Below, piece by piece: positions 13,792 through 28,000 of a stretch of DNA of 64,000 nt. The notes under the pieces were generated by a model. The model was not told the origin of the DNA. It saw only the letters and a program-made list of their open reading frames with translations, and searched no databases. Every line of letters starts with the position of its first letter. The first letter of the stretch is position 1. This DNA is from Azolla caroliniana. Taxonomy: Eukaryota > Plantae > Polypodiophyta. The stretch is from positions 21,638,001 through 21,702,000 of the forward strand of contig JBHGNT010000008.1 in the NCBI GenBank assembly GCA_043228905.1, given 5' to 3'. A program made the position numbers and the translations under genes.

Positions 13792-16569
13792 ATGGACCCG
13801 CAAACGTTGTCGGAAGCCGCCAAGAAATGGTTGAAGCAACACGGGCTCGAGGGCTTCTTGATGATGATGGAAGACCGCCACACAAAGAAGCCGACAAAGT
13901 GATCAAGGAAATCGATACAGAGGTCATAACGGCAGAGGCGATTCGAGCGTTAACAGGCCTTCCGGAGGGAGGCATACTCACGATCGACAATCCAACCCCG
14001 GAGCAACTCATCAGGTATTTTGGTGAGTACTCTCTAGCCAGCTAGGGCTACCGGACACAGGGCGGCGGAGATATGTTGTTCCACGAAATTGCTCGTGTGC
14101 TCCATGAATACGGCCACGTGTACCCTAGACCCCCTGTCATGCCGCAGAACCGGGCAGGGATGATCATCGCCACCTATGAAGGGATCAAGGTGGATTGGCC
14201 GGTATTGATCGCAGACGGGTTGTGTGCGGCGATCGAGATCGTCAAAGGCAAAGACGGCAAAGAAGGCCGAGACGGACGAAGGATATGGCACGCCGTAACA
14301 CAGTGGCTCACCTTGCTAGTGCCACCCGTTCAGACTGTCCAGCCCAAGAAGCGAGGAAGAGTGGCGGACGGCACCCCAAGGACGGCTTCCAAACGGCAAC
14401 AGTTGTTGGCCTCTAAGGCCACTAAGGGAAAGGCGGCGGATGCAGAACAGGCAGCAGCAGGAAGCGGCAGCCAGAAGCGCCCAACGGAGGCGCAGGAGGA
14501 ACCATCGGCACGGCCCGTAAAGGTCACACTCCGCCGACCGGTGAATCGAGAAGCGGACCCCTTGGCGGCAAAACTCAATGTCGGAGCTCAGGAGGAGGAA
14601 ATAGAGGAGGAGCCTACGGAGCACCTCCAGCGACGGTCGTCGGCAAGGACCGTTGAGACAACCGGGAAACGTTCGGACCCTCAGACGGAGGGAACACCGG
14701 CTCCCCATACTAAGACTCCCACGCCAAGGAAGGAACCGGAACCGGTGCATATGGCACCGGAAACAGAAGCCCCGGCACCACCGGCAACACCGGCAAGTCC
14801 CATCCCACCAGAGCCGGAAAGGTCAATGCAGCCTCCCTCGGTCAGCTAAGAAGAAGCGCAAGGGGAACCAGGACAGCAGGGTGGTCCATGGGCAAAAACG
14901 GAACTGCAACTGGGCGCAACCAGGCGGGACCACCCCTCTACAAGTGAGCCCATCTATCAAACCTCCGTGCAAGTACAACAAGGCACCGGTAGCCTGTGGC
15001 TCCGGTGGATAGGCGGACAGATAGCCGGAGTAGTGGGGTATATTGAGGCGGAAGAAAGAGCACAAAGCGAACGGTTGCTCGTCACAACCGAACAACTAGA
15101 GACGGCCCGGTCCAGAATCCGGTGCCTTGAAAAAGACTTGGATCAGGTCACGACAGAGATGGCCAAAATACGGATCCAATCACCGGTGACTCCGGTAAGT
15201 GTACAGAATAAAGAAACGGAATGACCTGTACATAGCAATAAGACCCCGGCAACGGAAACCGTTCCGGCGAGAGATGCGGCGCAAGCTCAGGAGCTTGCAG
15301 AATTGAGAGAGGAACTTGCCGCACAAGAAGCACTAAGGAGCCGTGAACGAGAATTGAAGACGGCGGCCGAAGCCGAATTAAAGAAGACTACTGAGAACCT
15401 CCGCCGGGCAGAGGAGAGCCTCCGGAAAGGCCATCAAGCGTACAACCGGCTATAGGAGGAGAAAGACAAAGTGCTGCAAGAAAAGGACAAGCTGCGGAAA
15501 ACGGTGGAAACAGAGATTGAACGGCTAAAGGAAGAGCTCCGCCAGCAGAAGGACCGCGAGGACCGGGCCCGTCATCAAATCAAGGCACGGCTCAAGCAAA
15601 AGACAGATGATTTTGAGCACCTGCACCGGGACTACAAACGGCTGGAAACGAAGCATAAAGAACGGATGGCCGAGCTCCAGCAGGCAGTTGATCGGGCCGC
15701 GACGGCGATCGCCGACGAACGGGCGGAAAATACAAGACACTTGGACGAGGCGGAGAAGGTCCGGATGGAGCTCCAGAGGCAGCAGCAGGAAGACAAAGAG
15801 AGAGCGTCAACAGTATTGCAGAAATTACAAAGCACATATCAAAGGCAATTGACGCATTACAAGGCGCAGGCGGAGGACAACGTCAAAATCATCAAACAAC
15901 TGAAGGAGGAACGACAAGCGGCGGAAAGCAAATCGCAATTGGGAATGAGCCGGATTCAGTCCATCCTCCGGGCATGGCTGAATCAGACAAAACACTTGAT
16001 TGATGAAAGCTCCGTAAAATGGTGGACAAAGTGGGCACAAAACGAGGCGGAACTCCAGTTGCTACGGGCTGATGTGGCAAACCGGCGGAAGGAAGGAGAT
16101 GACTATTATACGTTGACTTCCGAGGACTTCACTGCCATACGGGACGAGCTAGCCGATGACTTCCAAGTCCTGGTAGATTAACAACTGGCGCAGGTCAGGC
16201 AGCTCGTAGCCCAGCTGGACGATGATAGGCTGGACGATGATAGGCTGGACGCTCAAATTCAGTTTGAAAGCTACGAGCGGTCCCGGGTGCGAGAAGAAAA
16301 AGCACGGGAAGCGGCAACGGTTAACCTTAGTGATGAGGAACCGTCGCCGACTGAGGACCAGCCGGGAACCAGTCAACCGGAGACCACTACGACGCAGGGA
16401 GCAACAACGGAGACGCCGGTGTCAGAGCCACAAACGGAGGAGCAGCCGCAACAACCACCAACGGACCCGCCGCAGCAGACAGCAACAGCAACAACAACAA
16501 CAACCACTTCCAGATGAACCATTGGAGCCTCTCGAACAAAGCATTCTGGACATTTTGGATGAAGAATAG
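13792..16569 (+). pseudogene. Additional sense ORF 3' of pol (about 900 aa: globular N-terminus, Pro/Glu-rich linker, long coiled coil, acidic tail)
   Basis: ORF fragments 13570-13902, 13827-14045, 14073-14849, 14967-15224, 15471-16181 and 16287-16517 are linked mostly by CAG/CAA>TAG/TAA-type stops. Confidence 0.75.
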
Positions 16570-16623
16570 CAAGGGTCGGTTGTGGATTCGACGTACAAGG
16601 TACTGTCCCACGGGTGTGCCATG

Positions 16624-17061
16624 TGTTACCGGCCGGCAAAGGAGTCCAGAGTGGGAAACGGAGAGTTAATTAAGTAGTAGGAATGTGGTTGTAATTAAGC
16701 TATGAGTGTGGACGGACGGACGGACCGGAAACGGTATGCCGTTCCGGATCCGGACCGATCCCGAACAGGTGCGGATGGCACCGTTTTGTAATACAGACCG
16801 GAAACCTATTTAAAGGTCCGGATACAATGTAATAGTTAGCGGTTAATTAATGAAAGCTTAAGCGTTGTTATCTCTCTGTGTTAATTGTCGTTCTGTCTTA
16901 ATTGTTATATCTTACGCGTGTTATGAAAGACGATCCTAATAAGTAACTTAATTAAGTCGGATTAAGCGTTGAAGTCTAATCCGGTTGCCGTAACACCCTT
17001 TGGTGAAGTGTCTCCCGCAGACACCCTGTGTTAGGCCATTGTCCGGCCCGAAGAGTTAACA
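16624..17061 (+). repeat. 3' LTR of gypsy A2 (438 bp)
   Basis: TGTTACCGG...TTAACA; matches 7464 onward and 6827 onward. Confidence 0.93.
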
Positions 17062-20000
17062 CCTGATGCTCGTATCGGCCAATTGCAGCCTGCCATGATA
17101 GCCAACATATATTTCCCTACTTGATTGAACCTTGCACCTGGCATAATTGCAACAAGCGGCCAACCCCCCGCCATGTTCTATGGGACGTTAGGCAGTCCCA
17201 CAGAGCGTGTCGTATGGATTCTACTGCATGTGAGCACTCTACACAATTTGGAGAGTTAAGGTTCCCACGTTGCCATGCTCCCACTGGTAGGGCCTTATGT
17301 ATTAACAACCATTGGAAAGTGGTAATTCGCCTCGCGTGTTTTTGCTTCTAGATTTTCTGCCAAAACTTGGTGATTATTGCGGAGGGAACTTGAAATGTGT
17401 GCCAGACCTTCGCAGCAGCCGGTTCTCGGGCGGCTTGAGCAGCTAGAATGTGGCGACCCAATCTAGTTGTGAATTGGAAGAAAGGGATGGGTTTACTTCC
17501 TTGCCCCGCGTAGGGATCACGCCATGTCCATTGCAAAGGGTCCCAACTGACCTTACGCAGCCATGTGTTTTCATGAGTACATATATGCCAATCGGGTTGT
17601 ACTTTAATCGGATCAGGATCTACAATCCATTTATGACCAGTGTACGCAAGTACTCGAATGACGTTATTCTGTGTGGGTGTCGCAGTGTCTCTCACTTCAT
17701 GGCCTTCGAGCGTGTTTGGTGATCCCCTACCTCTCGGGATTAAAGAGCCCTCCTCCTCGTGGCCTATCCATTTCTCCATTGTCGTCCTTTGAATAACAGA
17801 GTCCCTAATCAGTAACGTGTTAATGATTTCCGATCTCATAGTCCATCCACCCCTAATTCCATGGAGTATGTTCGCTTGATCTTGTAGTGCATTGACATAA
17901 ACCGTCGCCAACATTCAATACTTTTGCCTGGACCTTCTACAATGTATCCCCATGACAACCCCTTACGTGATCCCAGTAGTTGATTAGATTCATCCTTGAG
18001 ACATGGGTTCCATAGAATACGTTGACTGAGCCAGGCAGGTTCGGATCTTGGCTGATCACATTGGAGCCCCCGACGAATGTCACACCATGCCTTCCACATG
18101 GATGCACTGAATCTGTCCTCCAAATGGCGGGAGAAAGTAGGTTTGAGATCCATGTTTAGAATCCATCCTGTTTGGGGGGCCCAATCGACCCCTTTTCGTG
18201 GCTTAAAGTAAGCGAAACGTAATCTCAGTAGCATTTTCCAACAATCATTTCCTGGTTGGAGTCCTCGCACCACAAATTTGGCAAGTAAGGCTTTCGATTG
18301 TGAAAGGGGATCAATAAGACCCAATCCCCCTCTCGACTTAGGCGTTGTGAGTATAGGCCACGCCACCTTGGTGCGAGCTACATGGTCTTCCTTACCAGAC
18401 CAAATGTAGTTGCGGACCAGTCGTTGAATCTGATGTATACTATCCTTGGAAATTGTCCAGCATGATAGACTGTACCATGTTGTTGTGAGGAGTTCCTGAT
18501 TTGCCACTATGATGCGACCTGCTAGCGACAATTTTTTAGAGCTCCAATGTATCAACTTTTGTCGAATGGAGAGGATAACGGGTGCAATCATAGTCTCCGG
18601 CGGTATGTTGAAGCCAATTTGGAAGCCCAAATATTTGGTGCTCGCCCCTTGATTGATCCATTTGAAAGCGGGGTGAGGGTGCCACGCCGGATGTGTTTCC
18701 TAAGAAAGCCATATTGCTCAGGATTTGTGCCAATTGATCATGGCGTTGGATCGCTTGCAAAATAAAACTAGCCCACTTTCTAGCTTTTAGAGGTTTTCCA
18801 GGTCCCCTTGCAGGTAGACTGCTGTGTCATCTGCAAATTCTATATCCAGGATGCTTTGGTAAGAATGAGGTATGGGAAGACCACGTAGGTTGAGATGCCG
18901 CGAGTTGAGAAAGCAAGAGAGTGCTTCGGCGTATAATAGAAATAAGGATGGAGCTAGTGGACATCCCTGCCGTACAGAGCGGGATATTCGGAAAAAGGGG
19001 CCCCTTTCACCTGCCAGCGAAACACAACTGCTGCCATTCCTATAAAATCCTGCAATGCCTTTGATCCATGTCTCTTGAAAGCCGAGTTTCCTCATCACAC
19101 TTTCTAGAAAGTTCCAGCATACCCTATCATAGGCTTTCTCAAAATCTAGTAGCACCACTGCTACCTTCTTGTCGGTCTGCTTGGCAAGGGCTACTGCTTC
19201 CCAAAATGAGAAGAGGTTGTCTAGGATGCTCCGATTTCTAACGAAACTTGTCCCAAATATGAAAAGTAACTTTGTCTATTTTTAAGGAGAAATTACAACT
19301 AGTAGTATTTTAGATCATAACGAAATCATAACCAAAAGATTTCAAAACGATCAACTTTTTTTTTTCCGATAAAACGTTCTCTAAATTTCTTACATATCGT
19401 TGCACAAAAAATACATTTAGAGTTATTTGTATCACTATCATCATTCCTTTCCTAAGAATCACTACTATAGCTAATACACAATTGTGACTCTTCCACCTCA
19501 TTTTCAAATGTACCAATCAAATCATTGTCTTCACTAAATGATGTCTCCAAATTGTGTGCACTAAATCTTGTTCGCCTTCAATTTGAGATATCTTCTAGTC
19601 TTGGTAATATCTTTTTTATTATGTCTATCGTTCTCGTCCTTAACAAATTTTGTAGTGGAGTTCTCAAAATGAAGAAGACGAGAGCATTGTGGATACCTTG
19701 ATAAGAATGTGATATGTTCAAATTGATATATTAATGTTTACATCTAAGTTTGGTAGTTTGGATAGTTTATGAATATCATCTATATTTTAGGAGTTATGGA
19801 TTTATGAAAATTGTTTATGAATATTGTATACATTTCTTGAGTTGTGAATTTATGGATGTTAATGAGCACTAAATTTATAGATGATGGCATTAAGGATTAC
19901 AATGTTACCTCTTATACTTAAAACATTTTCAAGTCTAACAATAGATGTAACTTCCACTTCTGGAACCTACATCTTCTCAAGATGGTGAAACCATTAATCT

Positions 20001-20493
20001 TAACTTGTGCGTTAAGTTAACCACTGTGATTTTCTTTAAGTTAACTACATTTCATATTTGCAAACCACCAACGTTTAAACATTTATTGAAAAACTATTCA
20101 ATTTTAAAAATTATCATTTTGAAACTTGTTAAATCTCAAAAAATTAACAAATTTTACATGTTATTTAAAACATGTGATACTGGTGTATCAAGTTTCTGAA
20201 AATGGCCTAATATCGCAAGATTATAAAAGGAATCTATAAGTGGAATGCACAATCCTTCTACTTGTAAACACGAACGTGTTAGGCTAAGCTCCCTTCTTTG
20301 AATCCGTTATTCAACGACAAAGGGATAACATAAGGTAGCATTTGGTGGTATGGGTCACCAATGGTATTTTATGTTTGTCTCATGTCCTTTCTTTGGGGGT
20401 GGTTGGTGTAGTTAAGCACCTTTTATATATTATTCTCCTTAATCTCTTATTATGTTGCTCATCATTAATATGATCCATAATAGCCTAGCCTGG

Positions 20494-21830
20494 TGTTGGG
20501 GTCATTGGATATTGAGGGGAGGGAGTTGGATGACTTGCATGTGTCTGTTGACTATGTAAAATTTCTTCACATTCCCAACCATCCATTACTGTGTGTTGTA
20601 TTTATTAGGAATATGTCCCTCCTATGGGAGGACTCGACTGGTCAAGCTGAGATCCGACAGTCGATGACAAGGAGGAGTTGACATGGAGAGTCCACATTAT
20701 AGTAAGTGATCCAAGTCAGTTGATTAACTACCATAGTTATTACTATAATAATAGAAGTGACAATAGTAAGTGACTACATTTGTAAATAGCCCATAGTGTG
20801 TATAAGTATAAATACACCTAGGGCAAACTTTGAGTGATGCACATTAGAGTTTTTGGAGTTGTGAGTTGTAGAGCTAAGAGTAGAGAGTGTGTGAGAGAGA
20901 GTGGCGGTAGAGGTTAGCGAACTTGCCAAGAACCCTAAGTGGTTATCCTCTGCGTATCAGAGAAGAGTTGTAACCGTTCCTTGTATTCTATATTGTATAG
21001 TGGAATATCTCTACTCCCGTGGTTTTCCCCCCATTTAGGGTTTCCACGTAAAATTGTGTGCATTGTGTATTTTGGTGTATTTTATTGTTTTTCCGTGTTT
21101 TGTATGTACATTTGAGCATATCTTCCTCACAGATCGACGATTCCATCCCTTCAAACTGGTATCAGAGCGACTCGTGAAAGATGGAAGGAGGTGTGAGTGG
21201 CTTCCCAGGAATGATGGTCGCGAACTCACACAACTACGTACACTAGAAGATCTCTTGATAGTCAAAGACCTGTACGAGCCCATCGATCGAGCAGAGATAC
21301 CCATATTGGTATTAGAGTTTGATTGGAACTTCTTAATAGAAAGGCGGTGACCACCATTAGATAGTGTGTCAATGTCAGTGTCCTTCAACATGTGGCGGAT
21401 GACACAAATGCCCACGAGATGTGACAGAAGTTATCAAGCCTGTATGAGAGGAAATATGCCCTCAACAAAACATCCTTGATGAGGAAAAAAGCATAGTCAA
21501 GCACGTAAGCACATTCATGAGGTATGTGAACCAACTTGTGGTATCCAAGTTTCCCCTTGATGATGCAATGCAGGCCATCCTCCTACTGTGTACCCTGCCG
21601 AATATCTGGGAGAACCTAGTGGTGACTCTCAGCACCTCATGTCAAGAAGAATACTTATCTGTACAAGTGGTAACGACAAGCATCTTGAACGAGGAGACAA
21701 GAAGGAAGGACAAGGGTGTTTTGTCCCAATCAGACTCAAACTTGACTCAACATATCGATAGAGAAGTCCATAGAAGAAGGCAAATCCAAGTCCAGAGTTA
21801 AGCTTACATGCTTTTACTATGGAAAGCATG
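20494..21830 (+). mobile_element. Old degenerate copia (5' LTR + gag), related to the intact copia at 35639; interrupted by the Tcn1-like element
   Basis: LTR TGTTGGG..CTTCA at 20494-21153; PBS TGGTATCAGAGC at 21157; gag EDLLIVKDLYEPID and WENLVVTLSTSC nearly identical to the 36311 ORF. Confidence 0.88.
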
Positions 21831-22309
<479 letters not shown>

Positions 22310-22311
22310 GT

Positions 22312-22323
22312 TTGAACCGATTT
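22312..22323 (+). promoter_or_regulatory. Self-priming primer-binding site
   Basis: TTGAACCGATTT is the exact reverse complement of AAATCGGTTCAA (22046-22057), about 30 bp downstream of the LTR TATA box. Confidence 0.8.
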
Positions 22324-25062
22324 CTTCCATCTCCTCTTCCTTTTATCTTCTTATGTCTTCCTCCCTTCATACTAATCTCTTATTCCTCTTTCATCTCATC
22401 CTATGGCCATTGTTAGTGCTCAAGAATATCAATCTGTTTTCTCGGAGTTGCAATGCTTGAAAAAGAAGCTCCTTGCTTTGTAACAAGAAAATCAACGGTT
22501 GTTGGGGGATCTTCAACAAATCTCCTTAGAAAAGTAGAAAACGCAAGAACAATGTGGGCACATTGTTAAGTGGCTTAGCATTGGCATGGTTCTCTCCGTT
22601 ATTAGAAAAGGAATCTCCATTACTAACAAATTTGAAGAGTTTATAAGTGAGTTTAAAGCCTATTTTGGAGATACAGACATCATAAGGACAACAATCAACA
22701 AAATCTGACAATTACGTGAAGGTGATCGTCCAACCTCCACATATGATGCAGATTTCTGTCTACTCGCCTCCAATATCCCCTGGGATGACCAAGCATTAAT
22801 GGAGCAATTTCGTTATGGTCTACGCAACGATGTCAAGGATTTACTCTTGACCTTCCTCAAAGAACCAAAGTCATTAACAAAAGCAATCAGTCACGCGGTG
22901 AGATGCGACAACTGCCTTTTTGAACGACATTCAGAACGTCAGTTCTAGATGCCAAGGGCAAGATTAGAGCCCACCTACGCCTCAGTAGTAGTGAAACATT
23001 TTCTGAGGGAGTCATATAATGCGTCTCCAGTGAGTACTCCAACTCTGATGGAAATTGACACTACATGTCGTCGCAAACCATTATCGGAAGAAGAAAAGTA
23101 GTGATGCTGAGCAAATCGACTATGTCTTTATTGCGGTGGACTAGGGCATATTGTAGTGAATTGTCCCCATAGGCCAAGAAGATAGGTAAACCAAATAGTT
23201 GCTAGTTCTAATTGTACTAAACCTGAGTCTATTTCAGTAGGAATATTTGATGGTCCTAATAGTACTAATAGCCCAAATCTATCGAACAAATTTGATGTCC
23301 TTAGTCAGTTAGAAGAAGAGTTAAACGACTAAGTCCAGCCAAAATAGGAGCCATTTGGTTGGACAGCGCCAGATTTGTGCAGCCCATTAGTGGTTCCATT
23401 TCCTCTAAGCAAGTTAGCAATGTGTTGTTAGCTCAAGTAACAGTTAGTACTAAAAGTACCTCTCCAGTACATGTCTTAGCACTCCTAGATTCCGGAGCTA
23501 ATTCTTGCTTCATGGATAGGAAGTTTGCCCAAGCTCATCAGATATCCCTAAGAAAACTCCCGTGTCCAGCATCTGTTGTAGTCATTGATGGTCGTCCCAT
23601 TGCTTCCAGAAATATCATAGAAGAGTTAGAGCCCGTTAATATTGTCCTAGATAGTGTAGCGTGTGTAGTATCATTTAATATAATTAGTATCCCAGAACAT
23701 CCCATTGTTTTGGGATTACCATGGTTCGAATTACATAACCCAGACATAAATTGGAGAACAAGATAAATCTGGTGTCGACAAACTGATGATCTACTCATAA
23801 GATTGCAACCATTTCGCTACATCAGTTGCGTGAGGAAGGATGCAAGGAAGAAATGTTTGTCTTCGCAATATCAATAAAACCCTCCAGCACCACTAAAGAG
23901 GCGTCCACCATTCAACTTCCAGAGAAGTATCGTCATTATGCTGATGTGTTCGATAAAGTACAAGCCAATACGCTTCCTCACCATCAATCGTATGATTACC
24001 CCATCGATTTACAACCGGGAAAAGAGCCACCATGGGGAACGATATACAATTTTTCACCAACTGGCAAAGGGTTTCATTCTACATTCGAAATCTCCAACTG
24101 GTGCACCCCTTTTCTTCGTCAAGAAAAAGGATGGATCACTTCGTCTCGTCGTAGATTACTGAGGCTTGAATAAAGTCACCAACAGGAATAGGTATGCACT
24201 TTCCCTTATCTCAAGTCTTTTAGAACGGATCAATGGTTCAAGGTTCTTCACAAAGATCAACTTACGAGGAGCATATAACCTCGTACGGATCTGACCAGGA
24301 GATGAATGGAAGACCGCGTTTCGCACCAGATATGGGCACTTTGAGTATACGGTCATGCCATTCGGCCTCACTAATGCGCCAACAGTCTTCCAACACATGG
24401 CAAATGATATATTCCGAGATCTCTTGGATGTTTGTTTGATCATCTATTTGGATGATCTACTGGTTTATTTGAAGACCCAAGAAGAACATGATTCTCATGT
24501 ACTATTAGTACTAAAATGACTTCGAGAGCATGGTCTTTATGCAAAGCTAGAAAAATGTAGTTTCGGGTGCAACCAGGTAGAATTCTTGGGCTTTGTCATT
24601 TCCTCGGAAGGCATCTCCATGGATCCAACTAAGGTCAAAACGGTGGTAGAGTGGCAGACTTCGCGTTCGTTGCGAGATGTGCAATGCTTTTTAGGCTTTG
24701 CCAAATTTTACCACAAGTTCATGCAGGATTACTCAAAGCTTGTTCTACCTCTCACACAACTTACCATGAAGGGACAATCATTCGTTTGGTCTGAAGAAGT
24801 GGGCATGGCTTTTGAGAGTCTTAAGAAGGAATTTACATTAGCTCCTTTTTTAGCTCATGCTGATCTGGAAAAACCATTCATCATTGAAGCAGACACGTCG
24901 GATTACGCCTTGGGTAGCATTCTGTCTCAACAAGGTGATGATAAAAAGCTAAATCCTGTGGCTTTCCACTCACGCAAGTTTGACGGTGCCGAAATCAACT
25001 ATGAAATTCATGATAAGGAGCTATTAGCAATAATGGACTCTTTTACGCAATGGAGGCATTTT

Positions 25063-28000
25063 TGTTACGGGCATGACCATATAATATCCCGTGGTGAGAA
25101 TTTACCGTAGTATTCTATACATGTGGATAAGTGTGAAGGTTAAACGAGAGTGTAAAGAAGGGGAGGATTACTTTTAATCCTCGCGATTGAGACAACCCAT
25201 TAGGCCAAGTGTGAACTTGCCTGGGGGCCTTGGGTATCGTTATAAATAAGAGGCCTAGCTACCCTCATTTCAGCATCTTTTGACTACGTCGAGACTCTGT
25301 TTCGTGGTTGTTCATCTCTTGTAGCGAGCGCGCTAGCACCAGGTACGACTCGACGCCACGACGGTGGTATGGGACGCCGATCGAGGCTCGAGTCCGTCTC
25401 GATCCCTTCGCTCGGGGGTGGTTGGGTGGATCGACACCCTTCTTTCTATCTCTCCTTTCTATCTATCTATCCATCATTCTTTTCTCCTTATCATATGCTT
25501 ACATTAGGTCATATATCTGTAATAGTTGGTTTCAGAGCTCATGTTCGAATGTTTCTTTTGTTGTCTTTTGTCTTCTTGATTGATGGTGATCGATCAATGT
25601 GCAGTCGGCCTTGATCCAGACAGCGATCAACAAAGGAACTTCGGTAATCTTTCTTGTTTTTTTTTCTATTTTTTCTTCTCCCTTCTAATCATGTATATGG
25701 TCATATGTAAAAAAAAATCATTAATTCAATGATGTTGTAGAGGTAATTAATTGGTTATATAAAACGTTTAAATATGTGCACGAGGTCAATACCTCATTTG
25801 ACATATATTTTCACTAATATGTGATTAGTGTCGTATGCTTACGAGGTTAATTCCTCAATTACATATTACGTTCACGAACATATGTTACGTTTGCGTATGA
25901 GGTCATTACCTTGATTTGTATGTAAATGATATGTGTTTGGTGTCATATGCATATGAGGTCAATACCTCAATTGCGTATTACGATTAACCCTTATTTTTAG
26001 ATGTTTCGTGTGCGTAGAGGGTATATGCCTCGATTACGTATCTCGATTACATCATTTTTGGCTATTTTATATTAAGATTTCTTTTATATATGCATATGTG
26101 GTCACGTGTATATGTATTTGATCGTATATATGTGATAATATACATATGTTTATATAAGTTATTACGTTATTTCAATATCGAATGTTTTCGTTTTCGGGGA
26201 AAAGACCTTGGTGGCCGTCCTCACATTTTTGTGAGAATGGCGTTGTCACCATCCCTTTTTCAACAAATCTTTATTGTTGACATCCCCGTTGGTGACTTCG
26301 ATTTCGTTACGTAATGAAACAATCTTACCACAATGGTGTTGAGAACGTAGGGTTTGACCCACTTGATGTGAGGTCGCTCTTATGACACACATATCCAACA
26401 TCCCTCCCTCATTACATGGATACGATGCCACCATGAGATCATTCTTACGAAAGACATTCGTAATGACGTAACCATGTGATGGGCCACGTGGACCTACTAC
26501 GAAAAGAGGGCTCATTTGGCTTGGCCATTAGGTTGCACTTTAGCATATGCCATCGTAATTATGAGACTTGAGGTTAGGTAACGTACCAACAAAATTTGTG
26601 GTAAACAAGGGGGAAATAAGAACTCTTGACATATATGTTTCTTTTAAAAAAACATATATTGGCAAATGCCTCGCATATCTCTTATACGCATTAAATATTA
26701 AACAATCAAGAAGAGCAACCTACTTGGTTGGCTCAAGTGTTTAATGCATTTGTTCTCGAGGTCTCAAGTTCAAATATGACCAAGACTATACAACATCGTT
26801 GATACACAAGACTATAACACATGTTTAGACTTGAGGTCTAAGTGCACTTCAGGGTCCTCGTAATAGGACTTAAAGAGCCGAAACCACATATGTGGGCACC
26901 GAAACATAGTTTATTGTTAACATTTTTTTCGTGTATAAACTATTCATGATGCGAGCATACATGGTTGAGCCTCGGGGAGCCACCATGAAACATCGACATA
27001 GAGATCAAGGAAAGACATTGATTTGTCACCCCCATGGTTTTTAAAACACCTTTGTGTTACCATAGTAACATGATCTTCAACCTCATCTCATACGTCTAGA
27101 GGGGTATTGACGTGAGATCATGATATCAATTAATGTTTGCCCATGATATGTTTACACCACGACATGATGTTATGACTATTTGTCTAACCTTATCCTATTT
27201 CTTTGCCAGAAATAACCATTCAATGGCTCAAAATAACGACCCGATGTCATTCGCTCAAGCGGAAGGAACTCAAGGGAATCCTCCTGGACAAATGTCCATT
27301 GAGATATATTTTTCACAAATAAGCCAATACCTTAGTTTCACCGCTCAACAGATGACCGAACTTCAGCAATCTCAAAGTGCTCTTGAGGCACGTGTCATTA
27401 GTTTACAACGTGAGAGTAATAGACCTGATGAGTGACAATGTCGTTAAGCCATTTACGGGAGAAAAAAAGGAAAGAACCGAACAAGCAATTTGCATGTGGT
27501 TGGGCCGATGGGAGTCTCATTTTGAGGTCTATCCCACGCCAAATAGTATGAAGATTGCATATGTCGGCCGAGAACTAGGGGGTAAGGCCGCCGCCGGGTG
27601 GCGTGGGCTCCGTACTTTGGGGAAATTGCCCATACTTGGACAAATTTTGTCACAGTTTTCAAGGGCCAATTTCTGCAACTTCCCTCTCAAACCGAGGCGG
27701 CACAGGCTTTAATGAACCTCTCTAGTAGGAAGTTTTCCTTGCTAGAAGACTATGTCCACCATGCTAGAACCCAAATCCAAAAATCGGGTCTAGAAGGGGA
27801 CAATTGGTTAATAGTTTCTTTTGTCAATGGCATCCCCAATTTGGACTATCACTGGATAGTGCACGATAAGGATCCAAAATCCTTCGAAGGCCGTTGAAAT
27901 AGTTCTTCGCAATCAACGCACTTCGAAGAAGGACCATAACAAACCCAACGAAGTGCCCGAGACTAAGCAGTCGCAATTCACTAGGAAACGCAAGACACCC

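Larger units (their letters stand above)
7464..17061 (+). mobile_element. Gypsy A2 (Athila-like) with an extra 3' ORF; 5' LTR partly deleted
   Basis: TSD CCTGA (7459-7463 / 17062-17066); 3' LTR 16624-17061; the 5' LTR breaks at about 7590 and joins the gag start; pol is homologous to A1. Confidence 0.93.
1477..19252 (-). mobile_element. 5'-truncated L1/Tx1-like LINE (ORF2 pseudogene) split into 17062-19252, 6628-6826 (duplicated at about 7265-7463) and 1477-1666
   Basis: RT motifs LLDFEKAYDRV, SVRQGCPLAP, FADD; GGLGL; zf-RVT CVEC..ESIRHALWDC; LWILWKQRCRRVF. The frame continues ...HPTRLL|QEIWSEIVATL...NCT* across the gypsy A1 insertion. Confidence 0.9.
1220..20280 (-). mobile_element. Non-autonomous TIR DNA element of the same family as 32904-62346 (opposite orientation), about 1.3 kb of own sequence, swollen by LINE and gypsy insertions
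   Basis: Left end AACACGTTCACGTTCACAAATGGAAGGAT (1220) and right end ATCCTTCTACTTGTAAACACGAACGTGTT (20280) are inverted repeats. 1220-1400 resembles the reverse complement of about 62160-62346, and the 20280 end resembles the 32904 end. TSD unclear (only AG/AG). Confidence 0.7.

Noticed and set aside
16600-16623. Unusual plus-strand priming site for gypsy A2
   Set aside because: No clear PPT is visible, but one degenerate copy cannot separate novelty from decay.
26725-26780. tRNA or SINE
   Set aside because: Only weak A/B-box resemblance; no cloverleaf, tail or TSD.
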